A stretch of DNA of 61,916 nucleotides from an uncultured Candidatus Saccharibacteria bacterium (GTDB lineage: Bacteria > Patescibacteriota > Minisyncoccia > Phycocordibacterales > Phycocordibacteraceae): positions 1-61,916 of the forward strand of contig CAZFHH010000001.1 of the NCBI GenBank assembly GCA_964518755.1, written 5' to 3'. Position numbers and translations under genes: made by a program. The stretch's first letter is position 1; each line of letters starts with the position of its first letter. Below the pieces are notes generated by a model, which was not told where the DNA came from, did no database searches, and worked only from the letters and a program-made list of their open reading frames with translations. Shown in pieces: positions 43,633 to 53,588 of the stretch.

Positions 43633-46161
43633 ATGAGTATACTTGACCGTATTTTTTCAAAGAACCAATCGGCCGCATTTTTGCGAGCTGCAAAGCCGGT
43701 CGTTGACATAGCGTCTTCGTTTGAGCCTGATTTTAAGTCACTTTCGCGCGAAGAACTCATTGCGCGACTTAAATCAATAAGTGAGCGCACTGATGGGCTG
43801 CCAACGGAGAAACCGGACATCGCAGAGATATTTGCAATTGCTCGCGAGGCGGCTCGCCGAACGCTCGGCGAGCCGCACTACGATGTACAGCTCATCGGCG
43901 GGCTTGTCCTTACGGAGGGGCGCATCGCAGAGATGCGCACAGGGGAAGGCAAAACACTTTCCGCGGTGTTAGCCGCAGTCGTGCACGCCCTTGCCTGCAA
44001 GGGCGTGCACATCGTAACGGTGAACGATTATCTCGCGCGTCGCGATAGCGCGTGGATGGGACAAGTATATGACTACATGGGTCTTTCGGTTGGCGTTGTT
44101 ACTTCTTCCGGTTCATATTTGTATGATCCGTCACATGTTACGCTTGAAGAAGATAAGGAGCGCGATGAAACTGGTTCGTTTCGCGTGTCGTATGATTTCC
44201 TTCGTCCATCATCAAAAAAAGAATCGTACGCCGCCGACATTACATTTGCAACAAACAACGAGCTTGGTTTTGATTATTTGCGCGACAACACCGCATACGA
44301 AAGTTCACAAGTCGCGCAACGTGGGCACTACTATGCCATTGTTGACGAAATAGATTCTATTCTCATTGATGAGGCGCGTACACCGCTTATCATCTCCGGT
44401 CCCGCAGAAGATGCGCAAGAATTGTATAAGCGTTTTGCTGGTATTGTCAGCTCATTTGTTCCGGAAGAAGATTATACGGTTGATGAAAAACTAAAAGCGA
44501 TTCAAATAACCGATGAAGGAATGACAAAAGCCGAGAAAGCTCTCGGTATAGAAAATTTATATACGGAAGGTGGCGCTAAGTATGCGCACCATCTGGAAAC
44601 CGCAATTAGGGCGAAGGCGCTTTTTTCCAAAGATAAAGAATATGTAGTGAAAGATGATGAGGTGGTTATCGTGGATGAGTTTACCGGTCGTCTACAGCCT
44701 GGACGCAGATGGTCGGAAGGTCTGCACCAGGCAATGGAGGCAAAAGAGGGCACGCGTGTACAGCAAGAAACTCGCACTTACGCAAGTGTTACATTTCAAA
44801 ATTATTTCCGCATGTATGAAAAACTTTCCGGCATGACCGGAACGGCGATTTCTTCCGATGAAGAATTTTATACCGTATATAAATTAGACGTGATTGCCAT
44901 CCCGACTAATCTTCCGATTAAGCGCAAGGATTTTAATGACAGCATTTTCCGCACGGCGAAAGGAAAATATACGGCAGTGACAAAACAGATAAAAGAATGT
45001 TATGAAAAAGGACAGCCGGTGCTTGTGGGTACCGTTTCAATTGAAGACAACGAAGTGATGCACAGATATCTCACAGAGGCGGGTATTCCTCATGAGGTGC
45101 TCAATGCCAAAAACCACGAACGTGAAGGTGAGATTATAGCTCAAGCCGGGCGCAAGGCGCGCATAACGGTCGCGACAAACATGGCTGGGCGAGGTGTTGA
45201 CATTAAGCTTGGTGGTTCTCCCGTAGATGCGACAAGGCGAGATGAGGTTATTTCCACCGGCGGGCTTTTGGTTATCGGTACTGAACGACACGAGGCACGA
45301 CGCATTGACGACCAGTTGCGCGGGCGCTCCGGCAGACAGGGTGACCCCGGGGAAACACGGTTTTATGTATCTCTTGAAGACAAACTTATGAGAGTGTTTG
45401 CCGCCGATGCAATCAAGCGCGTCATGGGCACATTGAAAATCCCCGAAGATGAGCCGATTGAGAGCGGAATGATTACGCGCGCTCTTGAGAATGCTCAAAA
45501 GCGCATTGAGGGATTTAACTTTGATTCGCGCAAACAGATACTGGCGTATGACGACGTGCTTAACACACAGCGTTTGGCAGTATACACGCGTAGAAATGCC
45601 GCACTGTTTGGTACGGAAGAGGAGGTGTTGGCGTTGGTACAGTCTTTTGTTGCAAGCGACACACAGGCAACGGGGGCATTTGAAGCGAAGCGAAAAGAAT
45701 TCGGCGACGAGGTGTTTACACTTATGTTGCGCAACTTCGTCTTGCAGGTTGTGGATACTTTTTGGCTCGAGCAATTGGAAACCATGGAGTATCTGCGCAG
45801 AAGTGTTTCGCTAAGGGCATATGGACAGCGTGACCCGCTTATTGAGTATCGTCGTGAAGGGCTTATTCGTTTCAATATTATGGAAGAAAATATACGGCAA
45901 TCCGTTCGTGAGGCGATGCCACACCTCATGCTTTCCGATGATGCGCGTATTCGCGAAGAAGAAGAGCGCACACGCAGTACGCTTGTTGCGGTGTCGGACG
46001 CATCCGGCGAAGATGGTGACAAAACGCAGTCCGAATTAAAAAAAGAAGATGCCCCAGCAAGAAATGAAAAAGTGACAGTCAAAAAAGGAAACGAAACGCA
46101 AGAAGTAAAATATAAAAAAGTAGAGTCGCTTTTGAAAGAAGGCTGGACATTGCTTTCATAA
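43633..46161 (+). CDS. secA: Preprotein translocase ATPase SecA
   Basis: 842 aa. MRTGEGKTL, DEIDSILIDEARTPLIISG and TNMAGRGVDIKLGG. Confidence 0.95.
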   Translation: MSILDRIFSKNQSAAFLRAAKPVVDIASSFEPDFKSLSREELIARLKSISERTDGLPTEKPDIAEIFAIAREAARRTLGEPHYDVQLIGGLVLTEGRIAEMRTGEGKTLSAVLAAVVHALACKGVHIVTVNDYLARRDSAWMGQVYDYMGLSVGVVTSSGSYLYDPSHVTLEEDKERDETGSFRVSYDFLRPSSKKESYAADITFATNNELGFDYLRDNTAYESSQVAQRGHYYAIVDEIDSILIDEARTPLIISGPAEDAQELYKRFAGIVSSFVPEEDYTVDEKLKAIQITDEGMTKAEKALGIENLYTEGGAKYAHHLETAIRAKALFSKDKEYVVKDDEVVIVDEFTGRLQPGRRWSEGLHQAMEAKEGTRVQQETRTYASVTFQNYFRMYEKLSGMTGTAISSDEEFYTVYKLDVIAIPTNLPIKRKDFNDSIFRTAKGKYTAVTKQIKECYEKGQPVLVGTVSIEDNEVMHRYLTEAGIPHEVLNAKNHEREGEIIAQAGRKARITVATNMAGRGVDIKLGGSPVDATRRDEVISTGGLLVIGTERHEARRIDDQLRGRSGRQGDPGETRFYVSLEDKLMRVFAADAIKRVMGTLKIPEDEPIESGMITRALENAQKRIEGFNFDSRKQILAYDDVLNTQRLAVYTRRNAALFGTEEEVLALVQSFVASDTQATGAFEAKRKEFGDEVFTLMLRNFVLQVVDTFWLEQLETMEYLRRSVSLRAYGQRDPLIEYRREGLIRFNIMEENIRQSVREAMPHLMLSDDARIREEEERTRSTLVAVSDASGEDGDKTQSELKKEDAPARNEKVTVKKGNETQEVKYKKVESLLKEGWTLLS

Positions 46162-46171
46162 ATTTTTTATC

Positions 46172-47164
46172 ATGGCATTTATTGATTATGTGGTTATACA
46201 TGCATCTGCCGGAAGGGGTGGCAACGGTGTGGTGCGCTGGTTGCGTGAGAAAGGCAGACCAAAAGGAGGTCCCGCGGGTGGCGATGGCGGAAGGGGCGGG
46301 GATGTATTATTGCGCGGAGTGCGTGACCTTGAAGCTCTTAAAAATTTTGCATATGAGAAAAGATTCAACGCTGAATCAGGGCATCCGGGGAGTGGGCGCA
46401 ATCGTCACGGCGCCGATGGCGCCGTGAAAGTGTTGTCAGTTCCAATCGGTACGTGTGCAAAGATATTGGAAACCGGGAAAGAAATTGAAATTATGGAGGA
46501 GGGACAAACGGTCGTGCTTTTTGGGGGTGGCAAGGGCGGTTTCGGGAATAATTATTTCAAGAGTTCTACAAATCAGAATCCGTTTGAATCAACGCCGGGC
46601 TCTGCCGGCGGGAAAGGGTCGGTTTCGCTTGAGCTGAAAATAATAGCCGACGGAGGACTTATCGGTCTTCCAAATGCCGGGAAATCATCTTTATTGAATA
46701 TACTCACTCACGCACGTGCTAAAGTTGGGGCATATCCGTTCACCACATTAGAGCCAAATCTCGGCGCCTTCTGGGGGTATGTTTTGGCAGATATCCCGGG
46801 GCTCATAGAAGGAGCCGCCACAGGCAAAGGTCTTGGTGCCCGTTTTCTTAAGCACACCGAGAGAACAAATACGCTCATACATCTTATCTCGCTTGAGCAA
46901 GAAGATGCTGTAAAAGCATATCATACCGTACGGAACGAGCTCGCGTCTTTTGGTGAGGAGCTAGTTGGCAAGAAAGAAATCATTGTGCTCTCAAAAACTG
47001 ATATTGTTTCGGAAGACGTGCTTGCAAAACGAAAAAAAGAACTCGCCGACGCTCTCAATCTTTCGGAGGTATACAGTGTTTCAATAAAAGACCCGGAATC
47101 AGTAAAAGAATTTTCCGATATGTTGACGTCTCTTTTCCGTGAGAACACTTCCTCACATGTTTGA
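46172..47164 (+). CDS. obg: GTPase Obg/CgtA
   Basis: 330 aa. Glycine-rich Obg fold (GGNG, GGDGGRGG), G1 GLPNAGKSS, G3 DIPG, G4 SKTD. Confidence 0.92.
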   Translation: MAFIDYVVIHASAGRGGNGVVRWLREKGRPKGGPAGGDGGRGGDVLLRGVRDLEALKNFAYEKRFNAESGHPGSGRNRHGADGAVKVLSVPIGTCAKILETGKEIEIMEEGQTVVLFGGGKGGFGNNYFKSSTNQNPFESTPGSAGGKGSVSLELKIIADGGLIGLPNAGKSSLLNILTHARAKVGAYPFTTLEPNLGAFWGYVLADIPGLIEGAATGKGLGARFLKHTERTNTLIHLISLEQEDAVKAYHTVRNELASFGEELVGKKEIIVLSKTDIVSEDVLAKRKKELADALNLSEVYSVSIKDPESVKEFSDMLTSLFRENTSSHV

Positions 47165-47203
47165 GCGCTCGCTGTGTGCGAGCATATATGATAAATTTTC
47201 TAT

Positions 47204-48643
47204 ATGAGTGATTCTTCTTACATTCCAACCATCGGGCTTGAAATACATGCAGAACTCGCCACCAAAACTAAAATGTTTTGTTCGTGCGCAAATGATTCGG
47301 AGGCGACAGAGCCGAATATTAACGTGTGCCCCGTATGTCTTGCGCACCCCGGAACGCTCCCAACGGTAAATCGCTTGGCGGTCAAACACGTGCTTCGTGT
47401 GGGCGTGGCGCTTGGGGCTGGCATCGCAATAAAGTACAGCGAGTTTGATAGAAAGAGTTATTTTTATCCGGATATTCCAAAAGGGTATCAGATAAGTCAG
47501 TTTGCATATCCGTTTGTGTCGGGAGGTACTCTTTCGGGTGTTGCGGTTACTCGTGTCCATTTGGAGGAAGACACAGCGCGCTCCACGCACACGCAAAATG
47601 AAAGTCTGGTTGATTTTAATCGCGCTGGTGTGCCATTGATGGAATTGGTAACGGAGCCTGTCATACACGATGCAACAACTGCGGTTACGTTTGCGCGCGA
47701 ACTGCAGCTACTCCTTCGTACCCTTGGTGTCTCCAAAGCAAACTTGGAAAAAGGCGAGATGCGCATAGAAGCGAATATCTCCGTATCAAAAAACGATACA
47801 CTCGGCACAAAAGTGGAAGTAAAAAATCTTAATTCTTTTCGTTCAGTTGAACGCGCAATAGCATTTGAAATTGACAGGCAAATTACAACATATGAGAATG
47901 GAAAGGAGGTTGTGCAAGAAACACGGGGTTGGAATGAAGGTACCCAAAAGACATTCCACCAGCGTTTCAAAGAGGGCAGTGCTGATTATCGTTATTTCCC
48001 GGAGCCTGACATTCCAAAAATGGTTCTTGAAGAACTGAAGGATTTGTCTGTTGATGAGATTAAAAAAACACTACCGGAACTTCCGTGGGAAAGGCGCGAA
48101 AGATACAAAGATGCGTACGAATTGAAATCGGATGATATCGCGTATATAGTGGCAACCGGTAGTCGTAGTGATTTTTTTGAGGCGGTTGCACATGAGCTTA
48201 AACAAGATAAAGCGTTGGTACGGCGCATGGTAAATTATATGGTATCAGACATGGCGGGTTGGTATGCAAAATCAGATGTGGAAGAATATGTGGGGATTTC
48301 TCCAAAAGCGATTGCGGAACTTATACATATGATTACACGCAATGAAGTCTCTTCGCGTGGAGCAAAAGATATCTTGGAGGTGTTGCTTCGTGAGGAGCGT
48401 GATGATCCGCAACAGGTTGCTCGTGACAAATCGCTTTTGCAAACACAAGATGATGATGCTCTCGCGCGTATCGTAGGCACTGTACTGAAAGCGCATCCGC
48501 AACAAGTTGAAGAATTCAAAAGCGGAAAAGAAACTGTTATACAATTTCTCATAGGGCAGTGTATGAAAGAAGCGAAAGGCTCCGGCAACCCCGCCCGCTT
48601 CAAAGAGATATTACTTGCGATTTTACGCACCAAACCAAAGTAA
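47204..48643 (+). CDS. gatB: Asp-tRNA(Asn)/Glu-tRNA(Gln) amidotransferase subunit B
   Basis: 479 aa. IGLEIHAEL, CPVCLAHPGTLP, HLEEDTA, and a C-terminal YqeY-like tail. Confidence 0.92.
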   Translation: MSDSSYIPTIGLEIHAELATKTKMFCSCANDSEATEPNINVCPVCLAHPGTLPTVNRLAVKHVLRVGVALGAGIAIKYSEFDRKSYFYPDIPKGYQISQFAYPFVSGGTLSGVAVTRVHLEEDTARSTHTQNESLVDFNRAGVPLMELVTEPVIHDATTAVTFARELQLLLRTLGVSKANLEKGEMRIEANISVSKNDTLGTKVEVKNLNSFRSVERAIAFEIDRQITTYENGKEVVQETRGWNEGTQKTFHQRFKEGSADYRYFPEPDIPKMVLEELKDLSVDEIKKTLPELPWERRERYKDAYELKSDDIAYIVATGSRSDFFEAVAHELKQDKALVRRMVNYMVSDMAGWYAKSDVEEYVGISPKAIAELIHMITRNEVSSRGAKDILEVLLREERDDPQQVARDKSLLQTQDDDALARIVGTVLKAHPQQVEEFKSGKETVIQFLIGQCMKEAKGSGNPARFKEILLAILRTKPK

Positions 48644-48645
48644 AT

Positions 48646-48674
48646 AAATATCGGACATCCGATGTCCGATATTT
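48646..48674. repeat. Hairpin AAATATCGGACAT-ccg-ATGTCCGATATTT (same core as 18286-18338)
   Basis: 13-bp perfect stem, immediately after the gatB stop. Confidence 0.85.
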
Positions 48675-48682
48675 GCAATCCA

Positions 48683-49081
48683 ATGAAAAATCAAACAACA
48701 GAATTCTCATTTACTTTAAAACCGTCAAAATATGGGATCGGTGTTTTTGCTAACCATGATATTACAAAAGAAAGCCACCTTAGGTTATTTGGTAATAAGA
48801 ACAATGACCGTTATGTGGCGGTCACAAGGAATAAAAAAGATGTACCTAAAGATTTTGAATCATATTGTATAGGTAGGAGAGATAAAAAATTATTGTGTCC
48901 GGGAGATTTTGGATGTATGGAGATTGGTTGGTATCTTAACCATTCTAAATCTCCCAACGCCTATCATCGTAATTATGATTACTATGCGTTACGTGATATA
49001 AAAGCCGGGGAGGAAATTGTAATTGATTATAATACGCTTGAAGAACCGGAAGAATTAAAAGATGATTATTACAAACAGTAG
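48683..49081 (+). CDS. SET-domain protein (putative protein-lysine methyltransferase)
   Basis: 132 aa from ATG 48683. NHSKSPNA (NHSxxPN) and GEEIVIDYN motifs. AT-rich relative to gatB. Confidence 0.7.
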   Translation: MKNQTTEFSFTLKPSKYGIGVFANHDITKESHLRLFGNKNNDRYVAVTRNKKDVPKDFESYCIGRRDKKLLCPGDFGCMEIGWYLNHSKSPNAYHRNYDYYALRDIKAGEEIVIDYNTLEEPEELKDDYYKQ

Positions 49082-49251
49082 GACATAAGCATCGAATGTC
49101 CGATGTTTGTTGAAGGTTCAAGATTTTATATATTCAGAACCGCATGTTTTGTTGATGACATCGTCCGTTTGTGTAAAATCATTTGGTCGGGCAGTGTAAT
49201 TGTGCCTATACCAATGAACAATTTTTATACGGGGCGCTACCTTAAAATTTT

Positions 49252-50277
49252 TTATTTAAATTTACATACGAAGATTTTCGGATGTAGGTATGCGTTAACA
49301 GATGTGATAAGTTTCAAATCCACCGTCGATATTATTTTAAATTTTGATTTTAAGATAATTTCTTTTAGAGTTTCATGTTCGCTCGTATAAATAACCAGCC
49401 TGCCTTTGGCGTGTAATGTCTTCTGGCAATAGTCAATAAAGTGTTGATAGAGCGCTTTAATGTTTTCGTTTTTTGAAACAGCCATGCCAAAAGGCAAGTC
49501 CGATGTGATTGCATCAAAAGTACCAAGTTCCGGATTGTCAAAGATATTTTCTTCTTTGAGTTGTATTCTTTTGAGTAGTCCGGCTTTCTTTATATTTTGT
49601 ATTGCCAGAGAAAGATGCTTTTTATTGTTATCAAAACCAATTAGATGTTTGATATTTGGGTAACATTGCATAGCCTCAAGCAACAGCGTTGCGCTTCCGG
49701 AAAAGATATTTAAATAGGAATTCGCATTTTCTAATTTGCAAAAAGAATTTACCGCAAATGCGATTGTCGGATCCATTGCCCCACTCATGTTTTTTGATTT
49801 GTACTCTCTGAAAGAAAGTGGTCTCGGTGTAATTTGAATTCCGATTTCCCATGTACCGTTAATCTTGATGATGTGTATTTTTAGATCAGCTTTGTCTTTT
49901 CTTGTCAGTCCATATTTTTCTTGTGTATATTCTGTCATATCTTGAACCTCCGGTGAATTTGCCCCGGCACAGGTTATTTTGAAGCTCTTAAATAGATTTT
50001 TGTTTTCTGTGAGTACCGTATCTATCATGTTACTCAAAATTGCTTTGTGATTGGAAATGTAAGATGGGTTGTATTTATAATCTTGCGCAATGACATATGC
50101 TCTCGCGACACCTCTTAATGACTTAATCGTTGTGAGATTTTGTGTGAAGTTCAGATATAGCGAATCAGCATCTTCCGTGCTGATATGAAGGAGTGCGTGA
50201 CGATTTATCTCATGCAAGACGACCTTTCTTAATCCTGTAATAAAAGACAGCTTAATTTTTAGATTGGAATTATTCAT
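49252..50277 (-). CDS. THUMP-like / UPF0020-type SAM-dependent N-methyltransferase (probable RNA m2G/m6A-type)
   Basis: Motif I-like NIFSGSATLLLEA and motif IV DLPFG. I use ATG 50277; the TTG start at 50325 lies inside the ssrA terminator hairpin. AT-rich. Confidence 0.55.
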   Translation of the reverse strand: MNNSNLKIKLSFITGLRKVVLHEINRHALLHISTEDADSLYLNFTQNLTTIKSLRGVARAYVIAQDYKYNPSYISNHKAILSNMIDTVLTENKNLFKSFKITCAGANSPEVQDMTEYTQEKYGLTRKDKADLKIHIIKINGTWEIGIQITPRPLSFREYKSKNMSGAMDPTIAFAVNSFCKLENANSYLNIFSGSATLLLEAMQCYPNIKHLIGFDNNKKHLSLAIQNIKKAGLLKRIQLKEENIFDNPELGTFDAITSDLPFGMAVSKNENIKALYQHFIDYCQKTLHAKGRLVIYTSEHETLKEIILKSKFKIISTVDLKLITSVNAYLHPKIFVCKFK

Positions 50278-50314
50278 GGGTTTTACGAATTGTTTGTATT
50301 TTCTCAATGATTTA

Positions 50315-50364
50315 CTATAACCCAACCCCTCGCCGGCTACAGCCGGCGAGGGGTTGGGTTATAG
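50315..50364 (-). terminator. 24-bp perfect hairpin 11 nt downstream of the tmRNA 3' end
   Basis: CTATAACCCAACCCCTCGCCGGCT / AGCCGGCGAGGGGTTGGGTTATAG. Confidence 0.65.
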
Positions 50365-50375
50365 TTGGGATTTTT

Positions 50376-50799
50376 TGGTGGAAGTGGGGAGAATTGAACC
50401 CCCGTCCGAATTCGGTCTTTGAGATGCGTCTACGGTGCGTAGCTTTTGTTTATATGTGAGACAAGGTGCGTAAATGAAAGCAAAATCCTCCTTGTCTCAT
50501 CCATTTTAAGATTTAAGCGATATCTCCAAATGGAAAGGGAATCGCCGATTTCGCAAAAGATGTCGCCTCATTATATTGTACGAACGCAAGATATAACGAA
50601 ACGCGCTTTCGAGCGACGAGCGTTATGCTCGAGCCGTTGCGAAAGCGAACGCAAAGTCGTTCATACCGAAGTATGGAGACACTGCGCGTGCAAGAGTTTT
50701 CTTGGCACTTATGGTTTGCTCGCACAGATTTAGGTGATAAGCGAGCGTGCACCGCACCGCACATTCTCAAAGAACAAACCGTCAAAGCCGGTCACCCCC
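50376..50799 (-). ncRNA. ssrA: tmRNA (SsrA), about 424 nt, CCA encoded
   Basis: On the minus strand the 5' end reads GGGGGTGACCGGCTTTGACGG. The 3' end reads GGACGGGGGTTCAATTCTCCCCACTTCCACCA (tRNA-Ala-like T arm and acceptor). It lies directly downstream of smpB. Confidence 0.9.
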
Positions 50800-50839
50800 G
50801 AAACATACAAAAAATACAGGAGTATTTTTTGTATGTTTC
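50800..50839 (-). terminator. 18-bp hairpin between the smpB stop and the tmRNA 5' end
   Basis: GAAACATACAAAAAATAC-agga-GTATTTTTTGTATGTTTC. It abuts tmRNA nucleotide 1. Confidence 0.5.
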
Positions 50840-50861
50840 GGGACTTTCTCGCACTGACGTC

Positions 50862-51299
50862 TTACCCAAGTGCTCGTTGCGCTTCACGCTGTGCGTCTTT
50901 GCGTTTAAGGTATTCGCGTTTGTCAGACTTATTTTTCCCGCGAACAATAGCAATTTGCATCTTTAGTAAGTGTCGGTCATTATACACCGAGAGAGGTACT
51001 ATTGTCAACCCTTTTTTCATCTCAGCATTTGCAAGCTCTCGTATTTCTCGTTTAGTGAGGAGCAATCGGCGTGTGCGTGATGGGTCATATTCTTTGGGAG
51101 TGTTGTTTACTTGATACGGCGGAATGGTCATCCCGATAACAAACACTTCGCCTGCCCGCACAATGATTCGCGAGCCATCAAGTTTCCCCAGTTTTTTCCG
51201 CAGTGTTTTCACTTCAGTACCAACAAGTTCAATACCCGCTGTGTATTTTTCAAGTATCTCATATTTGAGTCCCGCTTTTTTGTATGCAATCAATGTCAT
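50862..51299 (-). CDS. smpB: SsrA-binding protein
   Basis: 145 aa. GIELVGTEVKTLR, RRLLLTKREI and GLTIVPLSVY. Confidence 0.93.
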   Translation of the reverse strand: MTLIAYKKAGLKYEILEKYTAGIELVGTEVKTLRKKLGKLDGSRIIVRAGEVFVIGMTIPPYQVNNTPKEYDPSRTRRLLLTKREIRELANAEMKKGLTIVPLSVYNDRHLLKMQIAIVRGKNKSDKREYLKRKDAQREAQRALG

Positions 51300-51366
51300 T
51301 AACAGTTAAGTATACCCAATGTGTGTGATTTTTGAAATCAGCCACATTGGCTTTAAATTTGCACGT

Positions 51367-51425
51367 GTGCTTCCCGGCGGCTATATGCGCCCCGTGCCGG
51401 GGCGCATATAGCCGCCGGGAAGCAC
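51367..51425. repeat. 59-nt perfect hairpin (27-bp stem) in the divergent smpB/ftsH intergenic region
   Basis: GTGCTTCCCGGCGGCTATATGCGCCCC-gtgcc-GGGGCGCATATAGCCGCCGGGAAGCAC. Confidence 0.85.
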
Positions 51426-51493
51426 CTCTTCATCATCGTTTGTATGCGACCATGTTTACTCCCCGAGGATTTTGCGATATAGTTTCCATACAC

Positions 51494-53503
51494 ATGAACT
51501 ATCTGTTACAATTTGCCCGCAGGAAAAGCGGGGGTGGTAAGAATAATAAAGGACAAAAGCGTAAGCTTGGTTTCAAGTCTCGCATACGCAGTCCGTTTTC
51601 CGGACCTTCTTTCACCGGAAATATCATTTCAACCATTCTCATCTTTTTATTACTGATGAGTTTGTACACGGTATTCTCTCCGCAGAAGAAAGCTCCGCAG
51701 ACAATCTCAATTTCTCAGGTGGCGCAAGATGTTAAGGCGAACAAGGTTTCTAAAATTGTGGTGTCCGGCAACGACCTCGCGCTCACTTATAAAGATGGTG
51801 TTAAACGTGTGTCGCGCAAAGATGCGGATTCAGCGTTGTCGCGAATTCTTTCAGTCTACGGTGTTACGCCAAAAGAATTTTCACAAGTTGCCATCACAAT
51901 ACAAGGTGAGTCCGGATTTCGTTTTTGGTTTGTCACGTTGGCGCCGATAATTCTCCCCATTCTATTTTTTGTATTTTTGTTTTGGTTTTTATCGCGACAG
52001 GTTAAAGGGGCTGGCATGCAGGCATTTTCTTTCGGGCAGTCCAAAGCGCGCTTGACCGACCCGGCGGATACTATCCAACGAATTACATTTGCAGATGTCG
52101 CCGGCGCGCGTGAAGCAAAAGACGAGCTTCTTGAAATTGTTGACTTCTTAAAAAATCCAAAGAAATTTATCAACATTGGGGCGCGTATTCCTAAAGGTAT
52201 TCTGCTTATGGGAGCACCCGGAACAGGGAAGACACTTTTGGCGCGAGCTGTCGCGGGCGAAGCCGGTGTGCCGTTCTTTTCAATTTCCGGTTCTGAATTC
52301 GTAGAGATGTTTGTTGGTATAGGTGCCAGCCGAGTGCGCGATTTGTTCCAGGTGGCAAAACGTGCGGCGCCCGCAATTATTTTTATAGATGAAATTGATG
52401 CTGTGGGAAGATTGCGCGGAAGTGGCATGGGAGGTGGCAATGACGAGCGCGAACAAACGCTCAATCAGATTTTGGTGGAGATGGATGGATTTGAGCCGAC
52501 TGAAAAGGTAGTAGTGATGGCGGCAAGCAACCGCCCGGATGTGTTGGACCCGGCACTCTTGCGCCCCGGGCGGTTTGACCGAAGAGTTATGATTGATTTG
52601 CCGGACAGAAAAGATCGCGAGGAGATACTTCTCATTCATGCGCGAAAGAAGCCACTCGGTCCCGATGTTAATCTTGCCATTGTTGCGGAGCGCACCCCCG
52701 GATTTTCCGGTGCCGAGCTTCATTCAATCATGAATGAAGGCGCCATTCTTGCCGCGCGCGAAAATCGTAAAGAGGTAACACAATACGACCTCGTGCGCTC
52801 CATTGAGAAGGTCATGCTCGGACCCGAGCGCAAGAGTCATATTCTCTCCGCAAAAGAAAAAAAGATAACCGCATATCACGAGGCGGGTCATGCACTTGTT
52901 TCTTCAGTGTTGCCTTATGCGGATCCCGTACATAAAATTTCAATAATCAGTCGCGGGCGTGCTGCTGGATATACTCTCAAGCTCCCGTTTGAAGACAAGA
53001 GAATGCAGAGTAAGAAAGAGTTTCTTGATGATATTTCTTCAACGCTTGGCGGATATGTCGCGGAGATGATGATATTCGGAGATGTTACAACCGGTCCGCA
53101 CAATGACCTTGCCGTGGCGACAAAGATTGCTCGCGACATGGTTGAGCAATATGGTATGAGCGAAAAACTCGGACCTATTGCATTTGTAACTGAGCATGCG
53201 CACCAGGTGGAAACACAATACTCGCAAGCGGTAGCGGCAAAAATAGACGAAGAAGTTGAGCACATTATTACGCAAGAAACAAATCGTGCCAAAGAGGTTC
53301 TCGGGGCGCATCGCGGCGCCCTTGATGCCATTACGGAAAAATTGATTACCGTAGAAACTCTTGAGAGAGATGATTTTGAAAAACTTCTCATTGCAAACGG
53401 GATTACGCCAAAAAAGAAAGAAGACGCAGGCATCTCAGTTGGTATTCAAAGTGCTGATACTAAAGACAGCTCCGGTGCCGACACAGGTGCCGGCACCGCG
53501 TAA
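51494..53503 (+). CDS. ftsH: ATP-dependent zinc metalloprotease FtsH
   Basis: 669 aa from ATG 51494. Two TM helices, Walker [10 protein letters not shown], Walker [13 protein letters not shown] region, Zn motif HEAGHAL. TATAGT at 51478-51483. Confidence 0.93.
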   Translation: MNYLLQFARRKSGGGKNNKGQKRKLGFKSRIRSPFSGPSFTGNIISTILIFLLLMSLYTVFSPQKKAPQTISISQVAQDVKANKVSKIVVSGNDLALTYKDGVKRVSRKDADSALSRILSVYGVTPKEFSQVAITIQGESGFRFWFVTLAPIILPILFFVFLFWFLSRQVKGAGMQAFSFGQSKARLTDPADTIQRITFADVAGAREAKDELLEIVDFLKNPKKFINIGARIPKGILLMGAPGTGKTLLARAVAGEAGVPFFSISGSEFVEMFVGIGASRVRDLFQVAKRAAPAIIFIDEIDAVGRLRGSGMGGGNDEREQTLNQILVEMDGFEPTEKVVVMAASNRPDVLDPALLRPGRFDRRVMIDLPDRKDREEILLIHARKKPLGPDVNLAIVAERTPGFSGAELHSIMNEGAILAARENRKEVTQYDLVRSIEKVMLGPERKSHILSAKEKKITAYHEAGHALVSSVLPYADPVHKISIISRGRAAGYTLKLPFEDKRMQSKKEFLDDISSTLGGYVAEMMIFGDVTTGPHNDLAVATKIARDMVEQYGMSEKLGPIAFVTEHAHQVETQYSQAVAAKIDEEVEHIITQETNRAKEVLGAHRGALDAITEKLITVETLERDDFEKLLIANGITPKKKEDAGISVGIQSADTKDSSGADTGAGTA

Positions 53504-53588
53504 GCTCCATAACCCAACCGCCTTTTATCAACATTTTACGATGAGCTTCTTTTTGTGCGGTGGTGTGTATGCGGTATACTAATTGGTA

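Noticed and set aside
48646-50376. A classical ssrA-integrated genomic island with integrase and a duplicated tmRNA 3' end
   Set aside because: There is no integrase gene and I could find no repeat of the tmRNA 3'-terminal sequence between 48.6 and 50.4 kb. Only the compositional and positional argument remains, reported at moderate interest.
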